Below, piece after piece: positions 28,404 through 38,156 of a stretch of DNA of 64,000 nucleotides. The notes beneath the pieces are model-generated. The model was not told the DNA's origin. It did no database searches and saw only the letters and a program-made list of their open reading frames with translations. A program made the position numbers and the translations under genes. Source of the DNA: Candidatus Woesearchaeota archaeon. Its GTDB lineage: Archaea > Nanobdellota > Nanobdellia > SCGC-AAA011-G17 > JACPIM01. The stretch spans positions 128,001 to 192,000 of the forward strand of contig CAZELK010000001.1 of assembly GCA_964513145.1 (NCBI GenBank), in the 5' to 3' direction. The stretch's first letter is position 1. Every line of letters starts with the position of its first letter.

Positions 28404-28610
28404 TTATCGTCTCTTCTTTGCAGCTTTTCTTTTTGCAGCCATTTTTCCTCCTCTTTTATCTTCCAATTGTTTTTCCATTTTTTCATCAATTGCAAGTATT
28501 AATTTTTCTAGTCTGAAAATTCTTCTTAGACTATAAACAATTCCGACTATAGCTCCCAATAATATATAGAGAATTAAACCCGGATCAATTAAACAAGATG
28601 TTACCATCAT
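28404..28610 (-). CDS. small membrane protein with basic tail
   Basis: 68 aa; GAIVGIVYSLRRI...KRKAAKKRR. Confidence 0.6.
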   Translation of the reverse strand: MMVTSCLIDPGLILYILLGAIVGIVYSLRRIFRLEKLILAIDEKMEKQLEDKRGGKMAAKRKAAKKRR

Positions 28611-28769
28611 TTCACCCCTTTTAAAAATAAAAATCTTTTATAATATAAATACTTTACTATTTTTTGTAAAAATTTTTAATAATTTTTTAAAATATTTATC
28701 TAAAATTTATTTTTAATTCTTGCTTATTTTTTAAAAGTCACAATTTTTGCTTAAGCTTTTTTTAAAAGC

Positions 28770-30494
28770 TTATTCTTCGAGAATTTTTTCAATAATGCTT
28801 CCGAAGGCAGGTCTTGTTATAAATACACCCGCAGTAATGCCAACTATAGTTGTAAATCCAAGACCACGAACTAATCCAGCGCCAGCATACCATAATGGGA
28901 TCATTGCTACAGTTGTTGTTGCATATGATGCCAAAATAATGAAAAAAGCGTTTTTGAGTCTTGCTTTCCAGTTTAAGTTTTTTGATTCTTTTCTTATTGT
29001 TTCATCTATAATTACTATTTGTGCATCTACTCCGGTGCCTACAGCAGCAATTATACCAGCAATAGAAACTAAATCCAAATTCCATTGTATTAAAGATGCA
29101 AATCCAAGAATAATAATAATTTCAGACACCATAGTAAGTAATAGTGGAATTACCAAGCCTAATTTTTTATATCTAAAAAATATGACTAATGAAACTCCAA
29201 TAAATGCAGCAAGTGTAGTTAAAATAATATTTTTTGTAAATCCTTCTCCCAATAACGGAGATATGCTGTCAATTTTTATTATGTTTAATTTTTGTGGCAA
29301 AGAACCAGTTATTAAAACAGTCTGTAATTTGTCCATGTTTGCTAAAGCATTTTTGTATGCTTCTTGTTCATCTCCGCCAAAACCAGGACCTGAAATCGAT
29401 ATTGCATTTGCCTCTTGCCCTTTTAATGAAGAAGAAATTCTTAATGTATCAACCAATTGGTCATCCAAATATAAATCTAAATTTTTTTCCAAATAGCCGT
29501 CTATATTGGTTGGTATGTCTTTTGTAATTGTAGCGTGTTTCTTTGCTGCATCAGGGCTCAATCTTATTGTAAATTCGAACCTGCAAGCATATCCGTTATT
29601 GCTTGGTGTGCAAGGTGGAACTATGCCGCTGCAGCTTCCATCCCCCCTGCATACAAAAGTTATGTCCTTTTGTCCGCCTTCAAAAACAGTGTCATTTCCT
29701 ATTTTCGCCTCAAATTTGCCCTGTTTTGCAAGCAAAGATTCTACTTCTTCTTTTGATGCACCGGCAATTTCAGCCAGAATAAATATATTGCCATTAAGAT
29801 CTTTTGCTGGTCTTATCCTTATATCTGATAAACCATAAACATCTAGTCTATTGTTTAATATTTTTGTTAAAGATTCAGTGTCTTTTTCATCTAAAGTTAT
29901 TTCGGGTTTTAATAAAACCCTTGTGCCTCCAACAAGGTCAAGTCCTTTCTTAATATTTGTTGTTTCAATATTTTTTACAGTAATATCAGGAGCGCCTTTT
30001 GATAAAAATGCTATCAGCCCCCTATTTGTATCAATATTGAATCTTATTTCCTTAAATAATCCTTTTTCTATTTTTTCAAAATCAGATGTGCTGTTTATTA
30101 AATTATTATTTATTTCAATTATTTTTGACCCTGTGATTAAAGGAACATCTTTATTTACAGAAGTTATTGTTAAATTGCTATCTAATCTAAAGCCAATTGA
30201 ATTAGTCACATTATAAGTAACATTTTTAGTGCTTGTGCTTACTTTGATTTGTTTTACAGGTGCTTTTGTTAATTCATTCATAAATATGTTAAAATCATCG
30301 CTGTTTTTAATTTCAATATTGTTTACTCTTGTAACTATGTCGCCTGATTTTAAGCCAGATTCTGATGCAATTCCTGAAACAGATCTTACTTCCACACCCT
30401 CAGTAGAAAATCTTGGTCTTATTGCTAATAACATTAAAGCCAAAATAATAATTAATACTATTACCTGCCAAGTTAGAAATTTTCTAAGTTTCAT
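28770..30494 (-). CDS. secD: protein translocase subunit SecD with N-terminal PDZ-like region
   Basis: GLDLVGGTRV, RLDVYGL, VLITGSLP, GTGVDAQIVI, VRGLGFT. Confidence 0.92.
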   Translation of the reverse strand: MKLRKFLTWQVIVLIIILALMLLAIRPRFSTEGVEVRSVSGIASESGLKSGDIVTRVNNIEIKNSDDFNIFMNELTKAPVKQIKVSTSTKNVTYNVTNSIGFRLDSNLTITSVNKDVPLITGSKIIEINNNLINSTSDFEKIEKGLFKEIRFNIDTNRGLIAFLSKGAPDITVKNIETTNIKKGLDLVGGTRVLLKPEITLDEKDTESLTKILNNRLDVYGLSDIRIRPAKDLNGNIFILAEIAGASKEEVESLLAKQGKFEAKIGNDTVFEGGQKDITFVCRGDGSCSGIVPPCTPSNNGYACRFEFTIRLSPDAAKKHATITKDIPTNIDGYLEKNLDLYLDDQLVDTLRISSSLKGQEANAISISGPGFGGDEQEAYKNALANMDKLQTVLITGSLPQKLNIIKIDSISPLLGEGFTKNIILTTLAAFIGVSLVIFFRYKKLGLVIPLLLTMVSEIIIILGFASLIQWNLDLVSIAGIIAAVGTGVDAQIVIIDETIRKESKNLNWKARLKNAFFIILASYATTTVAMIPLWYAGAGLVRGLGFTTIVGITAGVFITRPAFGSIIEKILEE

Positions 30495-31368
30495 TTTTTA
30501 AATACCACCTTAAAATTCCGGCATTCATAAGATAAGTAGAAATAACATCACTCAACAATCCAATTATAAGAACAATAAACATTTCTTTTAAAACAAATGA
30601 GTTCGTAATAAAATAAGCAAATAACAAGGCAGCAACAGCTGCAAAAGTCATTGTAATTCCAGTTAAAAAAGAAGAATACATCCTTTCAAATATAGTTCCT
30701 TCCTTCCTTCTAAGTACTTTTGTAGAAAGCAGCACATCAGTATCAACACTATATCCTATCATTAACAATAAGGCTGCAACAGTTGCATCAGAAACTCTAA
30801 ACCCAAATAAATCCACTATCGCAATAGTATTAACCATGTTTAAAATTGGGGCTAATACAACTGCTATTGAAGGCACTAATTTTCTATAAATAATAAATAC
30901 AGTAACAAACATAAAAGCAAAGGCAATTAATATTGTCCAGAGCATCTGGTTATAGAAGCTTTTGCCTAATGTAGAGCTTGTTTCTTTTACAAAATAATTT
31001 TTATCTTCAACTAGTTTTATTTTTAAAATATCAGTTATAGCAGACCTTATTTCGCTTTCTTTTATGTCAGAACTTTCTACTATAAATCCATTTTGCTGTG
31101 TACTTGAGAAATCAACAAGTTTTCTTATAAAAAAATCCTTTCCTTTAAATTTAATTTGTAATTTTTCTTCTAAACTGTCAACCAAAGCAGGGTTTACAGT
31201 CTTGTCAGGATAAACTTCTACACTTAAGCCGCCTTTTAAAGAAACATCCTTATTTACAATATCTCCTGTTTTCTGATAATGGCTGAAAATAACTAAAAGA
31301 CTTATTATTAATAAAATAATGGGAATAAAAAATAACTTCTTATAATGTTTATTGTAAAATTTCTCCAT
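30484..31368 (-). CDS. secF: protein translocase subunit SecF
   Basis: VSLKGG, ALLLMIGYSVDTDVLL, YLMNAGILRWY; adjacent to secD. Confidence 0.92.
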   Translation of the reverse strand: MEKFYNKHYKKLFFIPIILLIISLLVIFSHYQKTGDIVNKDVSLKGGLSVEVYPDKTVNPALVDSLEEKLQIKFKGKDFFIRKLVDFSSTQQNGFIVESSDIKESEIRSAITDILKIKLVEDKNYFVKETSSTLGKSFYNQMLWTILIAFAFMFVTVFIIYRKLVPSIAVVLAPILNMVNTIAIVDLFGFRVSDATVAALLLMIGYSVDTDVLLSTKVLRRKEGTIFERMYSSFLTGITMTFAAVAALLFAYFITNSFVLKEMFIVLIIGLLSDVISTYLMNAGILRWYLKNET

Positions 31369-31486
31369 ATCAGCTTAAAGTCTTCAGTTGTGCGTTTATA
31401 AATATTTTTATTGTTTTTTATGAGTTCCTATTTTAGTTAATTTTATATATGTGTTTCCACTGATTTAAAATGAAAAGAGGGTTATA

Positions 31487-33934
31487 ATGAGGTATTTAAT
31501 CTTAATATTTATTTTATTAAATTTGAGTATTGTTCTAGGTGCAAATAGCTTAAGTTTGGTTTTAGATAAAGAAAAATACTCGCCAGATAGCTTTTTGCAC
31601 GGAAATATTTTTTTAAATTTAGATAGAGAACTTGATTTGGGTTTAGAGCCGGATTTAATTATTTATTTAGATAATATAAAAGAAAAAAGAAATATTATTG
31701 ATATTTTAAATTCACTAGATAATAATCTTGAAATAATAAGCAATTCAAAAGATGCTGCAGACCCGGCAATACAGAAAGATTTTTCATTAGCTCAAAACAA
31801 GCTTTTTGGTTTTAAAATTCCAAAAGGAAGTGAGATAACAAAAATAGATTTTGATATAACTGGTTTAAATGCAAATGGTTTTCCAAATTTGCCATTTATA
31901 GATTTTGAAGAGTATAATATCTGGTTTTATGCTGGCATATTTAATGGCTGGAATTCTCAATCACAAAATGCCATTGGTTTAAGTGATATAAAAGCAGGTG
32001 ATATAACAATAGACTCAAATGATGTTCTAAACTGTGAAATTGTAAGCCTGCCTTATGCCAATACTTTTAATGTCTCCATAGAAGTAAACACATTAGACAA
32101 TTCTGGAAATATTAGCCTGCATATGTTTAGGTTTGATGCAGATACAAATACTGCAGAAGAAAAAATAGGTGAATGTGAATTAAAAAATATTCCTGGCTTG
32201 GATTCGCCAAGCTGTATTATAAACTCTGCAGAATATATAATTGGCAATCATTTAGTTTGTTTTTATAATGATAAAAATTCTGGAATTTATTCATTGCCTG
32301 TAGATGATAATGGTGACAGCAGATATGAATGTGATTCAAGTGCTCTGGACACAGCTACTGAATGTTCAGTTGTTGATGATGGAGATTTTTTTATAAAATC
32401 ATTTAACCCAGTATATATTGGCGAACTAGATAAATCAGTAAAATTCAGTGATTTCAGTTTTGAAGATGAAGTAAAAATAGCCCTTAATGATTATTTAAAT
32501 AATTGTGAAGAAAATGATGAAAATGATTGTGTTTTATACTTTAATTCTGGAGCACAAAATAACAAAGGTTCATTAAGATTAAGCAATTTATTTTTAGAAT
32601 ATGTTAAGCCAAATCAGATAAAAAGCGTTTTAAGAAATTTTTATGATGTTGAAGAAACGACTGCAAAAATCTTGGGTTTAAAAACAGGCGATTTCATCAA
32701 TTACTCATTAAAAATACCATTAAGTGTTTTTGATAATTTAACTGTGCCAGGTATATCAGATAATACAAGCACCATGAACATGAAAGTCGGGCTTAATGCT
32801 CTGTCTGATGAAAAAACCATATTTGTTGATAAAAACCTGTTTTTGTCTCCAAAAGAAATAATTGATGACGCCTTATTCAGTCTCAATATGCTAAAAAATA
32901 ACTCAAAATATGGTGATATTTTTTCTGTTTTAAATATTAACATGGATGATTTGGAAACCAGTCTTAATAATTATAATCTGCAGTTAGATCAGCTTGCAGA
33001 AAATAATATTACTATTGATCAAAAAAATGAGCAGTCAGATTTGATTAAAGAGCAGATAAATATCATTCTTGAAACAGTGCCAAAAGTAATAAACATAAAA
33101 ACTGATGTTGAATATCCCAGAATTTTCCCAATTAAAATTGATGCCCAATTATTAAACGGAGAAACTGAAGAAAATATATTGAACTTGCAGGACAGTGTAA
33201 AAATAGAAACAAAAGTCAAACTATTCAGCATAACTGATTTTTCAGGCGAAACCACTCAAAAAACACTTATTAAGAGAAGCTTATCCAGTGATTTAGATGA
33301 ATATTCAGTTGTTGAAGATATATCAAAAGAAATTGCAAGCTCCGTTAGTTCAATTAAATTTAACACAGATGATTACATAGTAATCAAAGATGACCCATTA
33401 ATAAAATGGAACATAAAAGGAAATCAGGAAATAGCATACCTTATTGAGGGAGATATTCTTAATAAATTGAATAAGATTACAACAACAGTTTTGACTAAAA
33501 GTGATACTGAAGAGTATGCTGGTGAGCCAGAATGTGGTGATAATATATGTACAGAGATTTTAGAAGATGAAATAACATGCCCTTCTGACTGCAAGCCGAA
33601 ATACAAAATAAACTGGCCTATAACTATTATTTTATTGATAATATTAATCTTGGGTGTAATTTATTTTAATTTCTTCATGGGTAAGAGAAGTTTAAAAGAA
33701 TTAATTGTAAAAAAACCAGTTTTTGCATCGTTAAATGATGAAACAAATTTAAGAAATTACATATTAAGATCTTTAAATAATAAAGTGCCAAGAACTTTGA
33801 TTTATAAGGCTTTATTGTCAAAGAAATGGACAAAAGCACAAATAGATTATGTTTTCAATAAATTAGACAGACCAATAACAAATAACAAAGAAAATATATT
33901 GAATAAGATTATAAATAAATTCAAAAAGAAATAA
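31487..33934 (+). CDS. large exported surface protein with Cys repeat, TM and cytoplasmic tail
   Basis: Signal peptide, CGDNICTEILEDEITCPSDC, TM near aa 700, helical C-terminal domain. Confidence 0.7.
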   Translation: MRYLILIFILLNLSIVLGANSLSLVLDKEKYSPDSFLHGNIFLNLDRELDLGLEPDLIIYLDNIKEKRNIIDILNSLDNNLEIISNSKDAADPAIQKDFSLAQNKLFGFKIPKGSEITKIDFDITGLNANGFPNLPFIDFEEYNIWFYAGIFNGWNSQSQNAIGLSDIKAGDITIDSNDVLNCEIVSLPYANTFNVSIEVNTLDNSGNISLHMFRFDADTNTAEEKIGECELKNIPGLDSPSCIINSAEYIIGNHLVCFYNDKNSGIYSLPVDDNGDSRYECDSSALDTATECSVVDDGDFFIKSFNPVYIGELDKSVKFSDFSFEDEVKIALNDYLNNCEENDENDCVLYFNSGAQNNKGSLRLSNLFLEYVKPNQIKSVLRNFYDVEETTAKILGLKTGDFINYSLKIPLSVFDNLTVPGISDNTSTMNMKVGLNALSDEKTIFVDKNLFLSPKEIIDDALFSLNMLKNNSKYGDIFSVLNINMDDLETSLNNYNLQLDQLAENNITIDQKNEQSDLIKEQINIILETVPKVINIKTDVEYPRIFPIKIDAQLLNGETEENILNLQDSVKIETKVKLFSITDFSGETTQKTLIKRSLSSDLDEYSVVEDISKEIASSVSSIKFNTDDYIVIKDDPLIKWNIKGNQEIAYLIEGDILNKLNKITTTVLTKSDTEEYAGEPECGDNICTEILEDEITCPSDCKPKYKINWPITIILLIILILGVIYFNFFMGKRSLKELIVKKPVFASLNDETNLRNYILRSLNNKVPRTLIYKALLSKKWTKAQIDYVFNKLDRPITNNKENILNKIINKFKKK

Positions 33935-33964
33935 TTAAATACTATTTTTACTCCAAGTTTTTTT

Positions 33965-34486
33965 ATGATAGAATTAGAAAGAACTTATTTGTTGAAAGAA
34001 ATTCCAAAGAATCTTAAGAGTTGTAAATTCAAAGAAATTATTGACCTTTATATTCCTAAATCAAATCAGCATCCTGTTTTAAGAATAAGAAAGAATGGGA
34101 GTAAATTTGAAATGACTAAAAAACAGCCAATCAAAGGCAACGATTCTTCTTGCCAAGAAGAACAAACAATAACCCTCAGTGAAGAAGAATTTAAAGAATT
34201 AAATAAAATTGATGGCAAAAAAATACATAAAATAAGATATTATTATGATTGCAATAATAAAATAGCTGAAATTGATGTTTTTCAGGATTTATTGAATGGC
34301 TTGATCCTTGTTGATTTTGAATTTGAAACAACTGAAGAGAAAGATTCTTTTAAAATTCCAGAATTTTGTTTAGCTGATGTTACACAAGATAAATTTATTG
34401 CTGGAGGAATGCTTTGCGGCAAATCATACAAAGACATAGAAAATGAACTTAAACAATTTAAATATAAAAAATTATTTTTAGTTTAA
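33965..34486 (+). CDS. CYTH domain protein
   Basis: MIELERTYL (ExExK-like), LRIR, KIRY, EIDVF, VDFEF. Confidence 0.82.
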   Translation: MIELERTYLLKEIPKNLKSCKFKEIIDLYIPKSNQHPVLRIRKNGSKFEMTKKQPIKGNDSSCQEEQTITLSEEEFKELNKIDGKKIHKIRYYYDCNNKIAEIDVFQDLLNGLILVDFEFETTEEKDSFKIPEFCLADVTQDKFIAGGMLCGKSYKDIENELKQFKYKKLFLV

Positions 34487-34660
34487 TTTTCTCACAGCAA
34501 TCCCAAAGAAAAATGTTGTTACAATTCCAAAATCCACTGGCTTGATGCACATTATGGAAAATTGATAAAGATGATTTAAGCAAATTATATTATGAATTTG
34601 AAATACAGATTTTGAGCAAGAAATAGAAACTTTTTTTAATTATTAACTCTGTATTTTATT

Positions 34661-35278
34661 ATGCTTAAAGAATGGATTTCAAATGATTACTTGAAGGAAA
34701 ATAAAATTAAAGAATTGCGAAATAAATTTAATAAAGCAAGTCCTTTTTCGCATATAGTTTTAAAAGATTTTTTTGATAAAAAGAAATTAGCCCAGGTTTT
34801 AGATTCTTTAATACACCAGGAATTTATTGAAAAAAATACGGATTTATTCCAGTTCAAGCAGTCCCAAGATATAAGTTCAATAAATTTAAACAGTTTAAAA
34901 GATTTTTACTCTTTTTTTTCTTCAAGAGAATTTTGTGATTATATAAGCAGGCTAACTAATACGCAAGTAGAAAGCATAGATATGTCTGGTTTTTTTTATC
35001 AAAAAACAGATTACTTATTGCCTCATGATGACCAATTAGAAGGAAGGAAAATCGCCTATGTTGTGAATTTGTCAAATAAGTTTAAAAGAAAAGATGGTGG
35101 AAGGCTGCAATTATTCTCTGTTTTTAATGGAAAGCCAAAAAAGATAATTAAGTCATATTTACCAGAATTTAATAAGTTTATTTTATTTAAAGTCTCAGAA
35201 ATCTCATTTCATCAAGTAGAAGAAATTATGTCAAATAAGGAAAGAATTTCTTTGGCTGGTTGGTTTCATGGAAATTAA
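34661..35278 (+). CDS. 2OG-Fe(II) oxygenase, OGFOD1/Tpa1-like catalytic domain
   Basis: IDMSG..Y..TDYLLPHDDQLEGRKIAY (HxD), GGRLQLF, SFHQVEEI (distal His), RISLAGWFHG (2OG-binding Arg). Confidence 0.88.
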   Translation: MLKEWISNDYLKENKIKELRNKFNKASPFSHIVLKDFFDKKKLAQVLDSLIHQEFIEKNTDLFQFKQSQDISSINLNSLKDFYSFFSSREFCDYISRLTNTQVESIDMSGFFYQKTDYLLPHDDQLEGRKIAYVVNLSNKFKRKDGGRLQLFSVFNGKPKKIIKSYLPEFNKFILFKVSEISFHQVEEIMSNKERISLAGWFHGN

Positions 35279-35870
35279 ACAATTATTAAAATCAGAAATT
35301 CTAAATGAATTTATTGCGCAAGATTACCTAGACTACAGTAATCTGTTAAATATTAAAGATACTTTTGGTGCAAATACTCCAAAAAGCATTAAACTAGAAC
35401 AATTCTTTAAAAAAGAAAAATATGATTTATTAAAAAAAGAGATTTATGATTTAAAATTTAAAGAAATATATATTCCAGATAGTTATTCTTTTTCAAAGTC
35501 AAATTTAGGAAATGAATTCTCCAGATTATTTAATTCAAAAGATTTTATTTCATTTATTTCATTCATTGTTGGAAGAAATATAAAAAATATTAAGGCAGAG
35601 TCTTTGTTATTTGATCATAAAGATTATACATTATTAAAAGATAATGCAAATGAAACATTTCTTGAAATAAATTTCTTTTTTAATGATGACTGGAAAGAGG
35701 AATATGGTGGTTATTTTTCATATTTTAAAGATGAAGAATTATTAAGAATTTTCCCAGTTGAAAATAATGTTACAATTATTTATTTAAGGGAAATGCAGAG
35801 ATTTGTTAAATATATTAATGTAAAATCTTCAAAAAGAAAGATTTATTTAATATCATTATCAGAAAAATAA
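35268..35870 (+). CDS. degenerate 2OG-oxygenase fold resembling the OGFOD1/Ofd1 C-terminal domain
   Basis: SIKLEQFFKKEK, LFNSKDF, YTLLKD, DWKEEYGGYFSY, DEELLRIFP..N, RFVKYIN; no HxD...H triad. Confidence 0.75.
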   Translation: MEIKQLLKSEILNEFIAQDYLDYSNLLNIKDTFGANTPKSIKLEQFFKKEKYDLLKKEIYDLKFKEIYIPDSYSFSKSNLGNEFSRLFNSKDFISFISFIVGRNIKNIKAESLLFDHKDYTLLKDNANETFLEINFFFNDDWKEEYGGYFSYFKDEELLRIFPVENNVTIIYLREMQRFVKYINVKSSKRKIYLISLSEK

Positions 35871-35871
35871 G

Positions 35872-36129
35872 ATGTCTTTAGACAATTTGCCGATTTTAGA
35901 AAGTTTAAGGGAACTAACAAAAAGACCAATAAAAACAGTTGAAAAAGCTATAATAAGCGGCTTTAATGTGGATGGAATTTATGTCAAAGAAGTTTTTGCT
36001 ATGGGTATTGTTAATTCTGAAACTTTTGGCATGAAACCAGGAAAGAAATTTTTAGTTTATATTGAAAAGAATTCTAAAAGCCTTGTAGCCACACAAACAG
36101 ATTATATAATTAATTATGATGCTGGGTAA
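35872..36129 (+). CDS. hypothetical protein
   Basis: 85-aa ORF directly after the oxygenase pair. Confidence 0.5.
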   Translation: MSLDNLPILESLRELTKRPIKTVEKAIISGFNVDGIYVKEVFAMGIVNSETFGMKPGKKFLVYIEKNSKSLVATQTDYIINYDAG

Positions 36130-36163
36130 GTTTTATAAATTGGATTTTATAGGTTAAGTTAAT

Positions 36164-36297
36164 GCACTAGTGGTCTAATGGCTATGCGTCAAAAATTTAA
36201 TTTTTGTCTAGCAAACGTCGGCCTTCCATGATATTGGGAAAAAAGTAACCAAAATAGAGGAGAGCCGGCTATCGGGGTTCAAATCCCCGCTGGTGCA
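36164..36297 (+). tRNA. tRNA-Gly(UCC) with two introns (about 23/24, 28 nt; 37/38, 34 nt)
   Basis: GCACTAG/CTGGTGC acceptor, TCGGC-CTTCCAA-GCCGG anticodon arm after splicing; 72-nt mature tRNA. Confidence 0.88.
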
Positions 36298-36599
36298 TAT
36301 ACCTATTTTGAATGATTTAAGGTGATGAGCTAATATTTAGCAAGAGTCTCTCAAAATAATTCAACTTGATGTTGTATTCTGCCGGCGCATACATTTATTT
36401 TAATATAATTTACAATAATATGAGTCCTAATATGACTTGGATTTCTCATAAAGATCAAATTTTCAAAAAAGAAGTTACAGATGTTATGCTTGAAAATATT
36501 TAATTTTATATAGAGAAAGAGCAAGGACAATACAAAACAAGATGAAAATAGCACAATGAAAATAGAACATTAAAAGCTTTAAATACTATTGTAACATTT

Positions 36600-37148
36600 A
36601 TGTTCCATATGGAACAAATTATAGATTATAGGTTTGAAGTTATTAATGAATTATTGAAAGAGAAAAATCACATAAGAAATCTAGCTAAAAATCTAAAAAC
36701 CAACCATATGACTATTCTTAGAAGAATAAAAGAACTTTTTGATTTAAATGTAGTAGACTATAAAGAAGAAGGCAAAAATAAAGTTTATTTTTTAAAAGAT
36801 ACTATAGAAGCTAAAACAACTATAAATATGGCTGGAAATTATAAATTATTAAAAATAATAACAAAATATCCAAATTTAAGAAGAATAATAGAAAAACTAC
36901 AAGAAAATAAACAAATACATCTTGCAGTTTTATTTGGTTCTTATGCAAAAGAAATCCCAAAAAAAGAAAGTGATATTGATGTATATATAGAAACAATTTC
37001 TCAAGACTTAAAAAAAGAATTAGAAAAAATAGATTCAAAATTAAGCATTAAAATTGGAAAGTATAATAAAGATAACCCAGTTATAAAAGAAATTAAAAAA
37101 AATCACGTAATAATCAAAGGAATTGAAAGATATTATGAAATCAGTTGA
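36600..37148 (+). CDS. HTH-fused minimal nucleotidyltransferase (MNT), no adjacent HEPN
   Basis: N-terminal wHTH; LFGSYAK....SDIDV. Confidence 0.85.
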   Translation: MFHMEQIIDYRFEVINELLKEKNHIRNLAKNLKTNHMTILRRIKELFDLNVVDYKEEGKNKVYFLKDTIEAKTTINMAGNYKLLKIITKYPNLRRIIEKLQENKQIHLAVLFGSYAKEIPKKESDIDVYIETISQDLKKELEKIDSKLSIKIGKYNKDNPVIKEIKKNHVIIKGIERYYEIS

Positions 37149-37243
37149 TTTTTTAAAAACTTTAAAAATAGAGGGAAATTAACCTTAGATAAAGCAAAAG
37201 CTTATATATAAGATTTATCTTACTAATAAGATAGGTGAACAAA

Positions 37244-37501
37244 ATGAATGAATTAATTGAAATGGGCAAAATAAGTGCAAGAGGACAAGTAGCCATTCCT
37301 ACAGAAATTAGAGAAAAAATGCACTTAAAAGAAGGACAAAAAATACTTTTTGTTTTAGCTGGCGATACTTTAATGGTTAAAAAGGTAAATACTGAAACTT
37401 TTGCTGAAATAACAAAGCCATTAAAAGAAGCTGCAAAGAAAGTTGGTTTTAAAGAAGAAGATGTTGTTGATATAGTTCATAGAGCAAGACAAAAGAGATG
37501 A
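37244..37501 (+). CDS. AbrB/MazE/SpoVT family antitoxin
   Basis: GKISARGQVAIPTEIREKMHLKEGQKI; AGGTGA RBS before the ATG at 37244. Confidence 0.9.
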   Translation: MNELIEMGKISARGQVAIPTEIREKMHLKEGQKILFVLAGDTLMVKKVNTETFAEITKPLKEAAKKVGFKEEDVVDIVHRARQKR

Positions 37502-37905
37502 AAAGAATAACAGTAGATACTAATGTATTAATTTCAGCTACATTTTGGCATGGAGATTCTGAGAAAATAATTGACAAAGCAGAAAATAAAGATGTGGCTT
37601 TAGTTTTGTCTAAAGAAATATTAGAAGAATATAACCAAGTCCTTGAGTATGAGGAAATAAAAGAGAAAATAAAAAATAAAAATTTGGAAATGAAAAAAGC
37701 AATGCTAAAAATAGGAACTATATCTGAAATAGTAGAAGTTAACTCTAAAGTTAATGTAGTAAAAGAAGATCCTGATGATAATAAAATAATAGAATGCGCA
37801 ATTGATGGCAATTCAGAATATATAATAACAAAAGATAGACATTTATTAAAATTAAAAGAACATAAAGGAATAAAAATATTGACTCCTGAAGAATTTTTAA
37901 AATAG
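37498..37905 (+). CDS. PIN domain (VapC-like) toxin
   Basis: TVDTNVLISA, DPDDNKIIECA, IITKDRHLL, ILTPEEFL; 4-bp overlap with the antitoxin. Confidence 0.92.
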   Translation: MKRITVDTNVLISATFWHGDSEKIIDKAENKDVALVLSKEILEEYNQVLEYEEIKEKIKNKNLEMKKAMLKIGTISEIVEVNSKVNVVKEDPDDNKIIECAIDGNSEYIITKDRHLLKLKEHKGIKILTPEEFLK

Positions 37906-38156
37906 TGTTTTTACTTTGTTATTATCTGTTATTTTAACAAATCTTTTTTATTTGGATTATTTTACAAAACAATAATTTATTTAAATAATAAAGTTATACA
38001 ATATTATTACAAGACAGAAAAAGTCTCTGTAAATAATTCAATTTGGTGTTTTACACCGCTGGTGCATATATTAATTTTTATAGTGCATTGAAGTTTCAAA
38101 AATTTAAATATTAAGATTTACTTTTAAATTGAGCTGTATTAATTTATACAATAGTT

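Larger units (their letters stand above)
36287..38070. mobile_element. tRNA-Gly-anchored islet bounded by a 15-bp direct repeat
   Basis: CCGCTGGTGCATATA at 36287-36301 (tRNA 3' end) and 38056-38070; carries MNT, AbrB and PIN genes. Confidence 0.7.

Noticed and set aside
28747-29496. 249-aa plus-strand ORF
   Set aside because: Entirely antisense to secD with no recognisable motifs; a shadow ORF
36351-36554. 67-aa minus-strand TTG ORF in the tRNA-Gly islet
   Set aside because: No motif and no clear RBS; may be decayed sequence but cannot be supported
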